Assembly (NCBI GenBank): GCA_037445145.1
Contig: JBBILB010000004.1
Location: 15,555 to 79,554, forward strand
Direction: 5' to 3'
DNA from: Candidatus Woesearchaeota archaeon
GTDB lineage: Archaea > Nanobdellota > Nanobdellia > Woesearchaeales > ARS49
DNA: 64,000 nucleotides
The position numbers and the translations under genes are program-made. The notes beneath the pieces are model-generated. The model did no database searches. It worked only from the letters and a program-made list of their open reading frames with translations, and was not told the DNA's origin. Shown here piece by piece: positions 50,647-59,112 of the stretch (positions within the stretch are counted from its first letter, which is position 1; the number at the start of each line of letters is the position of its first letter).

Positions 50647-52725
50647 TTAGATGCGGCTGATGAAGCCGTGCTTGGGCTCAAAGATGTCCCCTGACTTCTT
50701 GAGCCTTTGGATGATGTCTTCAATCTCTGCCTCGCTCAAGCCCTTTTCAGAAGCGGATTTGACAACGTCATCAAGGGGCACAATCTTGCCAACCTTGTTC
50801 TCGAGCTCGGCAATAATCTCCTTAACTGTTATTATCTTGTTCCTTTGCGAAGCAGGCATTGCAGTTGCAATCCTGTCAATATCAATCTGCCCTGTCTCCT
50901 CATCCATCGCGACCTGCCTGAGGCAGTAATCAAGAAGCTCAATAGCCTTCTTTGCATCCTTTTTCAGTACCTTGTCGCGCAAGTGCAACCTCGCAGAGGC
51001 TTCACTCAGCCTGACAAGCCCTTCAAGCTGCCTTGCAGAAACAGGAACAGCCTTTGCGCTTGCCCCTGAACCTGCAGAAGCACGCATCTTGATGAAGTAC
51101 TCCTTCAACTCATCAATTGCGCCGTCAGTGAGCTTCGGGAAAACGTTCTTGCGCGCATAGGCAACATACTTGCGCAACAAGTCCGTGGAAACAGGCGGCG
51201 CCTCAACATTGTTTTGGTGCAGTTCAAGCATGAAAGCGGCAAGCTTCTCGTCGGTCTTCTGATTAGGAATGTCCTTTATTGGAAAAATCAGGTCAAAGCG
51301 GTTAATGAGCGTTGGCGGCAGGTCAATCTGGTTGGCAACAGTGTCGTAAGGGTCAAACCTGCCAAATTTCGGGTTTGCAGCAGCAAGCACTGTAGTCTCG
51401 CACCGCAATGTTGCCTGGATGTTTGCCTTGCTTATAGTAACTGTCTGCTGCTCAAGGGCCTCGTGCATTGCCCAGCTGTCATCCTTGTTCATCTTGTCAA
51501 GTTCGTCAATCATTGCCATACCCTTGTTTGCCAGGACAAGGGCTCCTGCCTCAAGGCTCCAGCCCTGCAAAAACTCGTCCTTGACAACAGTTGCGGAAAG
51601 CCCGGCACCACTCGCACCTTTCCCAGTCACATACCTCCCTTTTGGCGCGATTACCGCCATGCGCTTGAGCATTTGGGACTTTGCCGCGCCAGGATCCCCA
51701 ACCAGCAGGATATGAATGTCACCCCTGCGGATAACACCATCATCATGCTTTTTCCTCACACCTCCAAACATCTGCAGCAAAAGCGCCTCCTTTACACGTT
51801 CGTGTCCGTAAATGCTTGGCGCGACAGAAGACACCATTTTCCTAATAAGGGCAGGATCCTCGGCAAGCTCCCTGATTTTCTGCTCCTCCTCGGCTGAAAT
51901 CCTGAGGTCTGTGAATTCCTCCTGGACTCCAACAACAGAATTTGCCTCAAGCAGAAGGTCAAAGCGGGTGCTCTGGACACCTGACCTGGTAATGATTGGC
52001 ACTTCCTTTATCACGCCAACAAGGATTATCCGCGAACCAGGGTTTGTCTTTTTCTCGCTCAACGGGCTGACAAGATCGTTCTTCAGGAAGACATTTATGC
52101 GCTTTGGCTGCTCTCCGCCCTCAAGCTGTTCAGGAACCTCCTCAAGCACCAATCCCTGAGCATCAACAAGAACTTTGCTCAAAAGCCTGAACTTTCCCTT
52201 CCTTCCACAACTGCATCTGCTTGGCTCCTTGAATTTGTTGTCCAATTGCAGCATTGCAATCATGTTCCCGCAACTAGGACACTCAAACCTTGCCTCTGTA
52301 ACCTGCGGCCGCACGTCTGACTTCTGCCTCACAATACCTTCAACAAAAATGAGCTTGTTCAGGTGCACTGAGCGAATATTTCTTATCATAATCCTGCTCG
52401 ACTCAGGCAGGTTAAAGAAGCGCACTGCAAAGCCCTTTACGTCACCGGGCACATCAAACTCTTCAATCGCCAATTCAGCAGCCTTAAGGAACTCCTCAGG
52501 AAGCTCAAGAAGGGCATCAGCAATGTCAGGGTCAAACTTTGAGAGTGCCGGAAAGTCCACATTCAACCACTTCTGACCCTTTCTTGCCTGCTCCACCAGT
52601 TCTGCATAACAGTGCTGCTGGAAGAAGTCATGAAGTTTCTGTATCAGCTCTCTGGCATCCAACTGCTTGGCAACTGCTTGTTCTGCCATCCCAAAACGCG
52701 AATGAGAGAGCATTCCCTCATTCAT
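50647..52725 (-). CDS. mcm: MCM replicative helicase, no intein
   Basis: Zn motif CPSCG..CSCG; LLVGDPGAAKSQ (Walker A); AMIDELDKM (Walker B); SRFDLIF (Arg finger); C-terminal wH. The start is uncertain among M1, M5 and M13. Confidence 0.95.
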   Translation of the reverse strand: MNEGMLSHSRFGMAEQAVAKQLDARELIQKLHDFFQQHCYAELVEQARKGQKWLNVDFPALSKFDPDIADALLELPEEFLKAAELAIEEFDVPGDVKGFAVRFFNLPESSRIMIRNIRSVHLNKLIFVEGIVRQKSDVRPQVTEARFECPSCGNMIAMLQLDNKFKEPSRCSCGRKGKFRLLSKVLVDAQGLVLEEVPEQLEGGEQPKRINVFLKNDLVSPLSEKKTNPGSRIILVGVIKEVPIITRSGVQSTRFDLLLEANSVVGVQEEFTDLRISAEEEQKIRELAEDPALIRKMVSSVAPSIYGHERVKEALLLQMFGGVRKKHDDGVIRRGDIHILLVGDPGAAKSQMLKRMAVIAPKGRYVTGKGASGAGLSATVVKDEFLQGWSLEAGALVLANKGMAMIDELDKMNKDDSWAMHEALEQQTVTISKANIQATLRCETTVLAAANPKFGRFDPYDTVANQIDLPPTLINRFDLIFPIKDIPNQKTDEKLAAFMLELHQNNVEAPPVSTDLLRKYVAYARKNVFPKLTDGAIDELKEYFIKMRASAGSGASAKAVPVSARQLEGLVRLSEASARLHLRDKVLKKDAKKAIELLDYCLRQVAMDEETGQIDIDRIATAMPASQRNKIITVKEIIAELENKVGKIVPLDDVVKSASEKGLSEAEIEDIIQRLKKSGDIFEPKHGFISRI

Positions 52726-52780
52726 CTACCCCCATCTTTTTATATCCTGCGCGAGTGCATGACCAGTGGCTAGTGCCCTT

Positions 52781-53380
52781 TTATTTGGCCTTTACCTTTT
52801 TCAGGTTCTCTATGAGCTTGTCCAGAGCCTTGTTGACCTCTTCCTCACTCTTTGTGCCTGTGCAGACAACCTTCCCATTGCTGAACAGCAGAAAGGTTGC
52901 CTTCTGGTCAGGTAGTTTGTACACAAGCCCTGGAAACTGCTCTGGCTCGTACTCTGTGTTCTCAAGCTTCATTGCGAGCACGTTCAGGTTAAGGTCCATT
53001 CCAACACTGCCTGCTGCGACAATATTCTGGATGTTCACCTGCGGCTCAACCTTAATCTTGACATTGATTTTTTCAAGACTCTTTATGATTTTCCTTATGG
53101 ACTCGTGCACCTTGTCCATGCTCCTCGCGCCAGTGCACACAATCTTTCCTGACGAGAATATGAGAGCAGACGTCTTTGGCTCCTTTATCCTGATGACCAG
53201 CCCCGGGAACTGCTCAGGATTATATTCTGTGTTGCTCAGTGTTGCAGCCATTTTTTCAAGCGGAATATCATGCCCTAGGTTCGCGCTCACAACAATGTTC
53301 ACAACCTTGATTTCGCGCTGTTCTGTTTTTGGTGCAGCCTTTTTTGCCTTCTTGGCGGCTTTTTTTGCCATAATGTTCAC
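52781..53380 (-). CDS. tbp: TATA-box binding protein with Lys/Ala-rich N-terminal extension
   Basis: Two direct repeats: VNIVVSANLGHDIPLEKMA..EYNPEQFPGLVIRIKEPKTSALIFSSGKIVCTGARS and IQNIVAAGSVGMDLNLNVLA..EYEPEQFPGLVYKLPDQKATFLLFSNGKVVCTGTKS. The N-terminus is MNIMAKKAAKKAKKAAPK. Confidence 0.95.
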   Translation of the reverse strand: MNIMAKKAAKKAKKAAPKTEQREIKVVNIVVSANLGHDIPLEKMAATLSNTEYNPEQFPGLVIRIKEPKTSALIFSSGKIVCTGARSMDKVHESIRKIIKSLEKINVKIKVEPQVNIQNIVAAGSVGMDLNLNVLAMKLENTEYEPEQFPGLVYKLPDQKATFLLFSNGKVVCTGTKSEEEVNKALDKLIENLKKVKAK

Positions 53381-53422
53381 ACCCCCATTTCAGGTGAACT
53401 ATTTTTAAAGCTTAAAAGGAGA

Positions 53423-53438
53423 AGTATTTAAATACTTT
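53423..53438. promoter_or_regulatory. Perfect 16-nt palindromic TATA-like element upstream of tbp
   Basis: AAGTATTTAAATACTT is its own reverse complement. GTATTTAAA recurs at 53441-53449 and TATTTTTAAA at 53401-53410. It lies 43-58 nt upstream of tbp ATG 53380. Confidence 0.45.
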
Positions 53439-53551
53439 TGTATTTAAAAATGGAAATTACCGAGAATACACCTCCATCATTTCCTGTGGAACTCTGGCTG
53501 CTATTTCTTCTCCCCTAAAAAGCCCATTTGGAGCAGATTTTGCCTTTCTGG

Positions 53552-54322
53552 TTAATAAACCTTCATCCACTTTCTGAGCAATGAGCTGAATATGATTGAG
53601 AATATTATATAGCTCCATATCCAGCTGAGCGAGAACGAACCAAGCTTGATGACCTTTACTTTTTCATGAAGTGTTTCTATCTGCCTTACAGTACCATCCC
53701 TGACTGGCTTTATGGGATTGATATATTCGCGCTTGGTTGTTATCTTTACGTCCTTGTGGTATTCCTTGCCGTTGACACTAAACACTATTCCCGGCGCAGA
53801 ATAATTGCCGGCATCTCCTTTGAAAGTGAAAATTACAATTCCGTCACTTATTTTCTTGCTCGCATCACCTGTCAGGGTGATTCCTTCAGGGGCTGTAGCA
53901 CTGATAACGCCAGCAACGCCCTTATCCAGTTGTACCTTGACCGAGAACTCCTGACCCGGCAGTATCGGCTCATATGCGAGGTGCGCTGAAATCCAGCCAA
54001 AAATAATGATTATTGGAATGAAAGTGAAAATCATTGGTCTGAAACTCTGAGTCATGTACTTCATTGAGCTTTGCATGTGCTTTTTCTGCACTTCCATCAA
54101 TTTTTCAGGCTGGTCCTTTAATTCCCTCATCTGCTTCTGCAAATCCTTTGACTCCTCCTTCAAATGCTTCATCAGGTCCTGGTCTGTGGTGTACTTTGTT
54201 ATGATAATTACAATCAATGACATTATGAATGAAAGAATAAGTATCGCCCAGAAAGGCGGCAAGAGCAATAGCCAACCAAAAAGAAAATCAAAAACAGGGT
54301 TTAGGAAATCAAGGAAGCCCAT
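53552..54322 (-). CDS. DUF106 / archaeal YidC-Oxa1-like membrane insertase (Mj0480 family) with an inserted ~110-aa beta-rich domain
   Basis: ORF trimmed to ATG 54322. MGFLDFLNPVFDFLFGWLLLLPPFWAILILSFIMSLIVIIITKYTTDQDLMKHLKEESKDLQKQMRELKD..FRPMIFTFIPIIIIFGWI parallels my recollection of Mj0480. Extra segment EFSVKVQLDKGVAGVISATAPEGITLTGD.. before the last TM helix. Confidence 0.8.
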   Translation of the reverse strand: MGFLDFLNPVFDFLFGWLLLLPPFWAILILSFIMSLIVIIITKYTTDQDLMKHLKEESKDLQKQMRELKDQPEKLMEVQKKHMQSSMKYMTQSFRPMIFTFIPIIIIFGWISAHLAYEPILPGQEFSVKVQLDKGVAGVISATAPEGITLTGDASKKISDGIVIFTFKGDAGNYSAPGIVFSVNGKEYHKDVKITTKREYINPIKPVRDGTVRQIETLHEKVKVIKLGSFSLSWIWSYIIFSIIFSSLLRKWMKVY

Positions 54323-54323
54323 T

Positions 54324-54361
54324 TTTATCCACCAATGAACTTTCTCATCATAGGATTCATG
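54324..54361 (-). repeat. 38-nt perfect direct repeat, copy A (duplicate of the secY 3' end including its stop)
   Basis: TTTATCCACCAATGAACTTTCTCATCATAGGATTCATG is identical to 54456-54493. It lies immediately upstream of the DUF106 start codon. Confidence 0.95.
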
Positions 54362-54366
54362 CCGCA

Positions 54367-54389
54367 TCGAGCTTTTGCGAAAAGCTCGA
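54367..54389. other. Perfect 10-bp-stem, 3-nt-loop hairpin between the two repeat copies
   Basis: TCGAGCTTTT GCG AAAAGCTCGA. Confidence 0.8.
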
Positions 54390-54455
54390 CCAAAAGCATT
54401 AGTGCGGGATTTCCGTTGCACTCCAATCCCGCCCCATAAACTACTTTGCCTTGCA

Positions 54456-54493
54456 TTTATCCACCAATGAACTTTCTCATCATAGGATTCATG
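54456..54493 (-). repeat. 38-nt perfect direct repeat, copy B (authentic secY 3' end: ..MNPMMRKFIGG stop)
   Basis: Identical to 54324-54361. Confidence 0.95.
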
Positions 54494-55848
54494 TCCATCA
54501 AGTGCTGTTTTGCAATGTCCTCGTAAAGCCTGTAAATAATCATGACAGTAAGCAAAAGCCCTGTGCCATTTGTCAAAGCGCCTGAAATGTCAGCAAGACC
54601 CGCAAGAATGCCAACTGCAATAGCGCCCATAACAGTCAAAGGGATAATGTAGCGATCAAGCAAACGCTCAAGCACTCGCTCATCCTTCCTAAAGCCAGGA
54701 ATCTGCAAACCAGACCTCATAATCTGCCTTGCCTGGCTTTTTGCGTCCATCCCTGAAGTCTGCACCCAGAACCACGAAAACACAACAGCACCGCCAATAA
54801 GGAAAATCAGGTAAACAAGGGCATGCCAGATGTCCGAAATGGTCAATGAGCCCCTGATAAGCTTTCCAACAATGTCAGGCGAATAAATCCACGCAACAAA
54901 ACCAGTGGCTGGCGTGTTTCCGACAAAAGTGCCAAGCCAAGGATGACCCCACCTCTGCATCAGGTGCGCCCAAAGCTGAATGTTGGCAATGAGCGCTGAA
55001 ATAAGGATGACTGGAATGTTTGAGGTATAAACAAAGCTCAAAGGCCACCTTATGCCGTGGCCGCGAATCCTGCCAAAAGAAAGAGGAATCTCAACCTTCA
55101 TGCTCTGCGCATAAACAGCAATCACGAAAATGACAATTGTGGAAAGCACTGTTGAAAGCATAAGTATTGCAGTCTGCGGGTCTCCGCGCGCAAGGCTCTG
55201 GAACAAAGCAGGAATTGCACCAGTCATGATTTCAGGATTGTTCGGCGACGGCAATGGTGACAAAGCCCTAATGAAAATACTTTGCGAGACCCCTGCCGCG
55301 ATAAACAATGATATTCCAGAACCAAACCCCCACTTGCTAACGACCTCGTCCATGAACATAATCATTATTCCGCCAAGGAACAACTGGAAAACAAGCAAAA
55401 GCTGCAGGATAAAATAAGAGGCAGTGCCCGCGAGAGTTTCTGGAGGAGCAAGCCCGCCCATAAACACGTAAATCCCGCCTTCAAACAGGATGAAGAATAT
55501 GCTGAGCAATTTCTGGACACCCTGAAAATTCCTTTTTCCATCATGCGTGGTAAGGTCAAACTTTACCAAACCTGAGCCGTTAAGCAACTGAAGCACTATG
55601 CTTGCAGTAACTATGGGTCCAATTCCAAGGCTTATGATTGAGCCAAAGGAGGCTCCAAGTATTATTGAAAGAATCTCAAACTGCTGCAAGGCATTCTGCC
55701 CAAGCCCAAACAATGGAATAAGCCCAAGAATAAAAAAAAGCACAAGCACTATCAGCGTCCACTTCATCTTTTCCTTGAACCCGAGCTTGCGCTGGGTCGG
55801 AGGGGCGACCTCAGGAAGGTTATAAAGTATTTCCTTGTACCAAGACAT
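54457..55848 (-). CDS. secY: Preprotein translocase subunit SecY
   Basis: 463 aa, 10 TM. MSWYKEILYNLPEVAPPTQRKLGFKEKMKWT, GIGPIVTASIVLQLL, GTGLLLTVMIIYRLYE. Follows uL15 as in all archaeal spc clusters. Confidence 0.97.
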   Translation of the reverse strand: MSWYKEILYNLPEVAPPTQRKLGFKEKMKWTLIVLVLFFILGLIPLFGLGQNALQQFEILSIILGASFGSIISLGIGPIVTASIVLQLLNGSGLVKFDLTTHDGKRNFQGVQKLLSIFFILFEGGIYVFMGGLAPPETLAGTASYFILQLLLVFQLFLGGIMIMFMDEVVSKWGFGSGISLFIAAGVSQSIFIRALSPLPSPNNPEIMTGAIPALFQSLARGDPQTAILMLSTVLSTIVIFVIAVYAQSMKVEIPLSFGRIRGHGIRWPLSFVYTSNIPVILISALIANIQLWAHLMQRWGHPWLGTFVGNTPATGFVAWIYSPDIVGKLIRGSLTISDIWHALVYLIFLIGGAVVFSWFWVQTSGMDAKSQARQIMRSGLQIPGFRKDERVLERLLDRYIIPLTVMGAIAVGILAGLADISGALTNGTGLLLTVMIIYRLYEDIAKQHLMDMNPMMRKFIGG

Positions 55849-55850
55849 TT

Positions 55851-56300
55851 TTATTCAGCCCTTGCAGCAAGCAGTTCTCCGCCAGCTGCCTTGACCTTCT
55901 CAATTGCATCAGGCGTGGCTTTTTGCGCTGTTATTTTCCACCTTCTCTTCACTTTACCAGAGCCTAAAACCTTTATGCATCCAATCTTTGAAACGTCAAT
56001 CATGATTGTGCCTGCTGATTCTGTCGCTACCTTCTGGGACAGAAGCAACGGAAGTCTGTCCTCAAGGTCGCGCAGGTTAATCACAACATCCTCAACCTTC
56101 GGACCCTTGTGGATAAAACCGTGCTTGCCCATCAACTGCTTTGCCCAAAGACCCTGCCTCGGCACCTTTGAGGCTGCCTTTTTGCCTGAGCCTGCATTTC
56201 CTGCCCCACCCTTCTGGCCAGATCCGCGGTGCACAAGACCCCACCCGCACGTCCTTGAGCCACGCTGCTTTGTTATTTTCTTGCGCCTTTTGACTGTCAT
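55851..56300 (-). CDS. rpl15: 50S ribosomal protein uL15
   Basis: RGSRTCGWGLVHRGSGQKGGAGNAGSGKK; position in the cluster. Confidence 0.95.
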   Translation of the reverse strand: MTVKRRKKITKQRGSRTCGWGLVHRGSGQKGGAGNAGSGKKAASKVPRQGLWAKQLMGKHGFIHKGPKVEDVVINLRDLEDRLPLLLSQKVATESAGTIMIDVSKIGCIKVLGSGKVKRRWKITAQKATPDAIEKVKAAGGELLAARAE

Positions 56301-56654
56301 TTAAACCATCCTCATGAGCAAGTCGTTTATTTTTTCGCCACGGTTGCCCAGCGCGCCGCCCTTGGCAAAAGGCATCTTTACACCCTTTCTGCCGTATCCC
56401 TTGCGCGGAGGCTGGAGCGCAAACCATTTGCCATTGCCCCTTGCCCTTGCAGCAAGTTTTTTTGCAACCTCGTCACTTACAGGACCCCACGTTGCATAAG
56501 ACTGCACCTTCCTGAGCTGGCCGAGGACTGCAGGGCTTTCCTCAACGATTGTTGCGTGATGGCGCTTGCACAGGTTCAACTGCTCAAAAGCACGGGCTAT
56601 GCTTCTATTCATCCTTACCTGTCCGCGAACCCTGACTATTGCAAGCTTTGCCAT
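56301..56654 (-). CDS. rpl30: 50S ribosomal protein uL30
   Basis: MAKLAIVRVRGQVRMNRSIARAFEQLNLCKRHHATIV. 117 aa, shorter than many archaeal L30. Confidence 0.9.
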   Translation of the reverse strand: MAKLAIVRVRGQVRMNRSIARAFEQLNLCKRHHATIVEESPAVLGQLRKVQSYATWGPVSDEVAKKLAARARGNGKWFALQPPRKGYGRKGVKMPFAKGGALGNRGEKINDLLMRMV

Positions 56655-56656
56655 AC

Positions 56657-57514
56657 TTATTCCTCTGTAATCACTTTTCCAGCAACCTTTGCAACGCGCT
56701 CGGCGTGATCCGGCCTCATCTTGGTTGCATTAAGCTTTTTGAGCGCGTCAACAACTGCCGCAATAAGGTTTGTGGTGGCTCGCAGGTTGCCGTTTGTCTT
56801 GCTCCACACGTCCTTTATTCCCGCAAGCTTGAGTATTTTTGCAGTTTCCTGCTCCATGCACAGCCCCTTTCCCTTTGGCGCAGGCATCAGCCGTATGCGA
56901 ACGCTGCCACACTTTCCGTCCACAGCAAGAGGTATGCTGTGCGGGGTTTTGCAGTTGCATTGCCAGGAACCGCACCCGCGGGCAATCTTGAAGATGTTCA
57001 GCTTTGCCTTGCGAATTGCCTTTTCGCGCGCAGGCACTGTGTCCTTTGACTTTCCATATCCGACGCCTATATAACCGTTGCAGTTGCCGACAACCGCCAC
57101 GCAGGAAAAGCTTGGCTTGTTTCCTTCAGGCGTCTTCTTCTGGGTCTGCCTGAACACCCTTCTCTGCCCTCCACCGAATTTTCCCTTTGCCTGACCAACC
57201 ATAAGGAGGTCGTTCTGCAGGTTCGGCAAAAGCACATCAACCACTGTCGGCTCCAGTATCTTAAGCCCTTTGTCAAGTATCTGGTCAATGTCAGTTATCT
57301 CACCTGACTTCACTTTTTTGCCAATGCTTGTTTTGGGCTGCCATGCTGCAATGTCAACACCTGCCTTCGGGACCTCAATTGCCTCTTCCTCAGGAATTTC
57401 TGTAATAACATCCTTTTCCACTTCCAGCTTTTCCTCTTCAACAACAGAAAGCACTTCCTTTTCAGACTCTTTCTGCTCCTCCTTCTTTTCCTCAACTGTT
57501 TTTTTGGGACTCAT
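56657..57514 (-). CDS. rps5: 30S ribosomal protein uS5 with ~60-aa Glu/Lys-rich N-terminal extension
   Basis: GQRRVFRQTQKKTPEGNKPSFSCVAVVGNCNGYIGVGYGKSKDTVPAREKAIRKAK. The N-terminus is MSPKKTVEEKKEEQKESEKEVLSVVEEEKLEVEKD. Confidence 0.95.
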   Translation of the reverse strand: MSPKKTVEEKKEEQKESEKEVLSVVEEEKLEVEKDVITEIPEEEAIEVPKAGVDIAAWQPKTSIGKKVKSGEITDIDQILDKGLKILEPTVVDVLLPNLQNDLLMVGQAKGKFGGGQRRVFRQTQKKTPEGNKPSFSCVAVVGNCNGYIGVGYGKSKDTVPAREKAIRKAKLNIFKIARGCGSWQCNCKTPHSIPLAVDGKCGSVRIRLMPAPKGKGLCMEQETAKILKLAGIKDVWSKTNGNLRATTNLIAAVVDALKKLNATKMRPDHAERVAKVAGKVITEE

Positions 57515-58089
57515 GTTTGCATTTTCCTCTTGATTTCCTCAAAATGTGCAGGCAGGTTTTCGGGTAGCAGGCCTGCCTTTATGTATTTGCTGAACATTCG
57601 GTTGTATTTCTCAGGCTGTTCCTTGAGCTTTCTTGCCCATTCTGCTATATGCTCGCCTTTTACGCGCTTTTCATCAGGCAGTATTTCCTTTGCGTGAGGA
57701 ACGCTTATTCCTGCATCAAGCACCCCCTTGAGGGCGGCGTACCACACCGCGCCCTTTACCGAAACACTAAGACCAATGTCAAGCACGAGGTTCTTGACAT
57801 TTTTTGCCTTCGCCTTCTTGCCAAGCAGCAAGCCGCACAGGTATGCTGCTGGAAGATTGTTAAGTGACCCCTTCCAGCCAAGCTTGCGGATTTCGTGCGA
57901 ATGTGCAGAGACAATAACCCTGTCGCCTTCCGGACTGAATTCAATTATCTGGAGCCAGATGTTCCTGAGAGAACGCCTGATGACAAGGCGCCTTTCACCG
58001 CTCTTGAGCAGCTTGATGCGTGTCTTGTAGTCTGTTTTGCCCTTCCGCTTCCTGCGGTATTGAACCGAATATGTTGGTGACGCTTTCAT
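57511..58089 (-). CDS. rpl18: 50S ribosomal protein uL18
   Basis: YRRKRKGKTDYKTRIKLLKSGERRLVIRRSLRNIWLQII; 4-nt overlap with rps5. Confidence 0.95.
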   Translation of the reverse strand: MKASPTYSVQYRRKRKGKTDYKTRIKLLKSGERRLVIRRSLRNIWLQIIEFSPEGDRVIVSAHSHEIRKLGWKGSLNNLPAAYLCGLLLGKKAKAKNVKNLVLDIGLSVSVKGAVWYAALKGVLDAGISVPHAKEILPDEKRVKGEHIAEWARKLKEQPEKYNRMFSKYIKAGLLPENLPAHFEEIKRKMQT

Positions 58090-58093
58090 GGTT

Positions 58094-58540
58094 TTACTTC
58101 TTGATAAATAATTCCTGCTCCTTCAGGAACAGTTTTATGTGGTGCGTGCTTCTGAAAAAGCCACCCTTTGCCTTTGCATACATCATATTGAATGTTTCCT
58201 GCGTTATAAGCTTGTGGTCCCTCAGGCGCTTCAACAGGTCGCGCTGTGCCCTTATAAGGCGCATCCACTGCAACTTGCTGTTAGCGCGAGCATTTGCCGA
58301 GCCCTTTCTTGAGCCAGGACCCACCCTGCGGCTGCGACGCGCCTGCGCCTTTGCCACTCTTGCGCGGAACTTGGATATTCCCTGAACAGGCACCCTTCTG
58401 ATGATCCCCCTGTCAATTAGCCTGCGCACGTCAAACTTAGTGATTGCTTCCTTTATCTCGCCAAGCTTTTCTGGATCAAAAACAATCCTACCTGGCGAGC
58501 AGTTCAGTATTTGCGCCGCAAGTCTTTTCTGAAGTTTCAT
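58094..58540 (-). CDS. rpl19e: 50S ribosomal protein L19e
   Basis: MKLQKRLAAQILNCSPGRIVFDPEKL..GPGSRKGSANAR. Confidence 0.95.
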   Translation of the reverse strand: MKLQKRLAAQILNCSPGRIVFDPEKLGEIKEAITKFDVRRLIDRGIIRRVPVQGISKFRARVAKAQARRSRRVGPGSRKGSANARANSKLQWMRLIRAQRDLLKRLRDHKLITQETFNMMYAKAKGGFFRSTHHIKLFLKEQELFIKK

Positions 58541-59112
58541 ACCTGTCTAGCAGTAAGGACCTTGTCCTTCTCCTCCTTTGCTTTTTTCTTCTGCTCCTCC
58601 TCACTCAGGACCTTTTCAGCAAGCTCCGGCTTCTTTGCCTTTTCCTTTGTCTTGGCTTCCTTTTCCTTTGCCGCCTTTATCTTGGCTTCTTTGCGTGCCG
58701 CAATGCTATCCTGGATTTTCTTGAGTTCTGCGTCAATATCCTTAACGTTCAGGACCTTGACTCCAAGCTCCTTTGCCTTTGCAAGCAGGGCTATTCGCTT
58801 TGGCAGCCCCAGTGTGCTTCCAAGCACTGCACCCTGGTTCTTGACATCAAGCCTTGAAAGCTCATTAATGGTATGAACAAGCACCGGCTCGTAGCCTGAC
58901 GGGTGGAGACCATAAACCCTCCTCGGGCTACCGTATCCCGGGTCGACGAGCGCGCGATGGCCCGCAAACCTGTGCCGCATCTTGCTGTGCAATCCCCTTG
59001 GCCTGCGCCATGGCAACGGAATGCATGCACGCTTCTGATAATCCTCCCTGATGAAATCAGGCTTCCTTGCCTTTAACTGCTTCCTAAGCTTGAGCATTTT
59101 TTCCTTGGTCAT
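58537..59112 (-). CDS. rpl32e: 50S ribosomal protein L32e with ~60-aa Lys/Glu-rich C-terminal extension
   Basis: WRRPRGLHSKMRHRFAGHRALVDPGYGSPRRVYGLHPSGYEPVLV. The tail is AARKEAKIKAAKEKEAKTKEKAKKPELAEKVLSEEEQKKKAKEEKDK. Confidence 0.93.
   Translation of the reverse strand: MTKEKMLKLRKQLKARKPDFIREDYQKRACIPLPWRRPRGLHSKMRHRFAGHRALVDPGYGSPRRVYGLHPSGYEPVLVHTINELSRLDVKNQGAVLGSTLGLPKRIALLAKAKELGVKVLNVKDIDAELKKIQDSIAARKEAKIKAAKEKEAKTKEKAKKPELAEKVLSEEEQKKKAKEEKDKVLTARQV

Noticed and set aside
49866-50723. 285-aa minus-strand ORF.
   Set aside because: It is antisense to the 49351-50448 gene and the small ORF. Ser-rich composition, with no signal, SD or TATA.
52539-53408. 289-aa plus-strand ORF.
   Set aside because: It is fully antisense to the unmistakable TBP gene and the MCM 5' end. 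Ser/Phe/Leu-rich, with no motifs.
54323-54421. N-terminal 33 codons of ORF 53552..54421 (MQRKSRTNAFGRAFRKSSMRHESYDEKVHWWIK).
   Set aside because: These codons read through the hairpin and an out-of-frame copy of the secY tail. The DUF106 homology begins exactly at MGFLDFLNP (ATG 54322).
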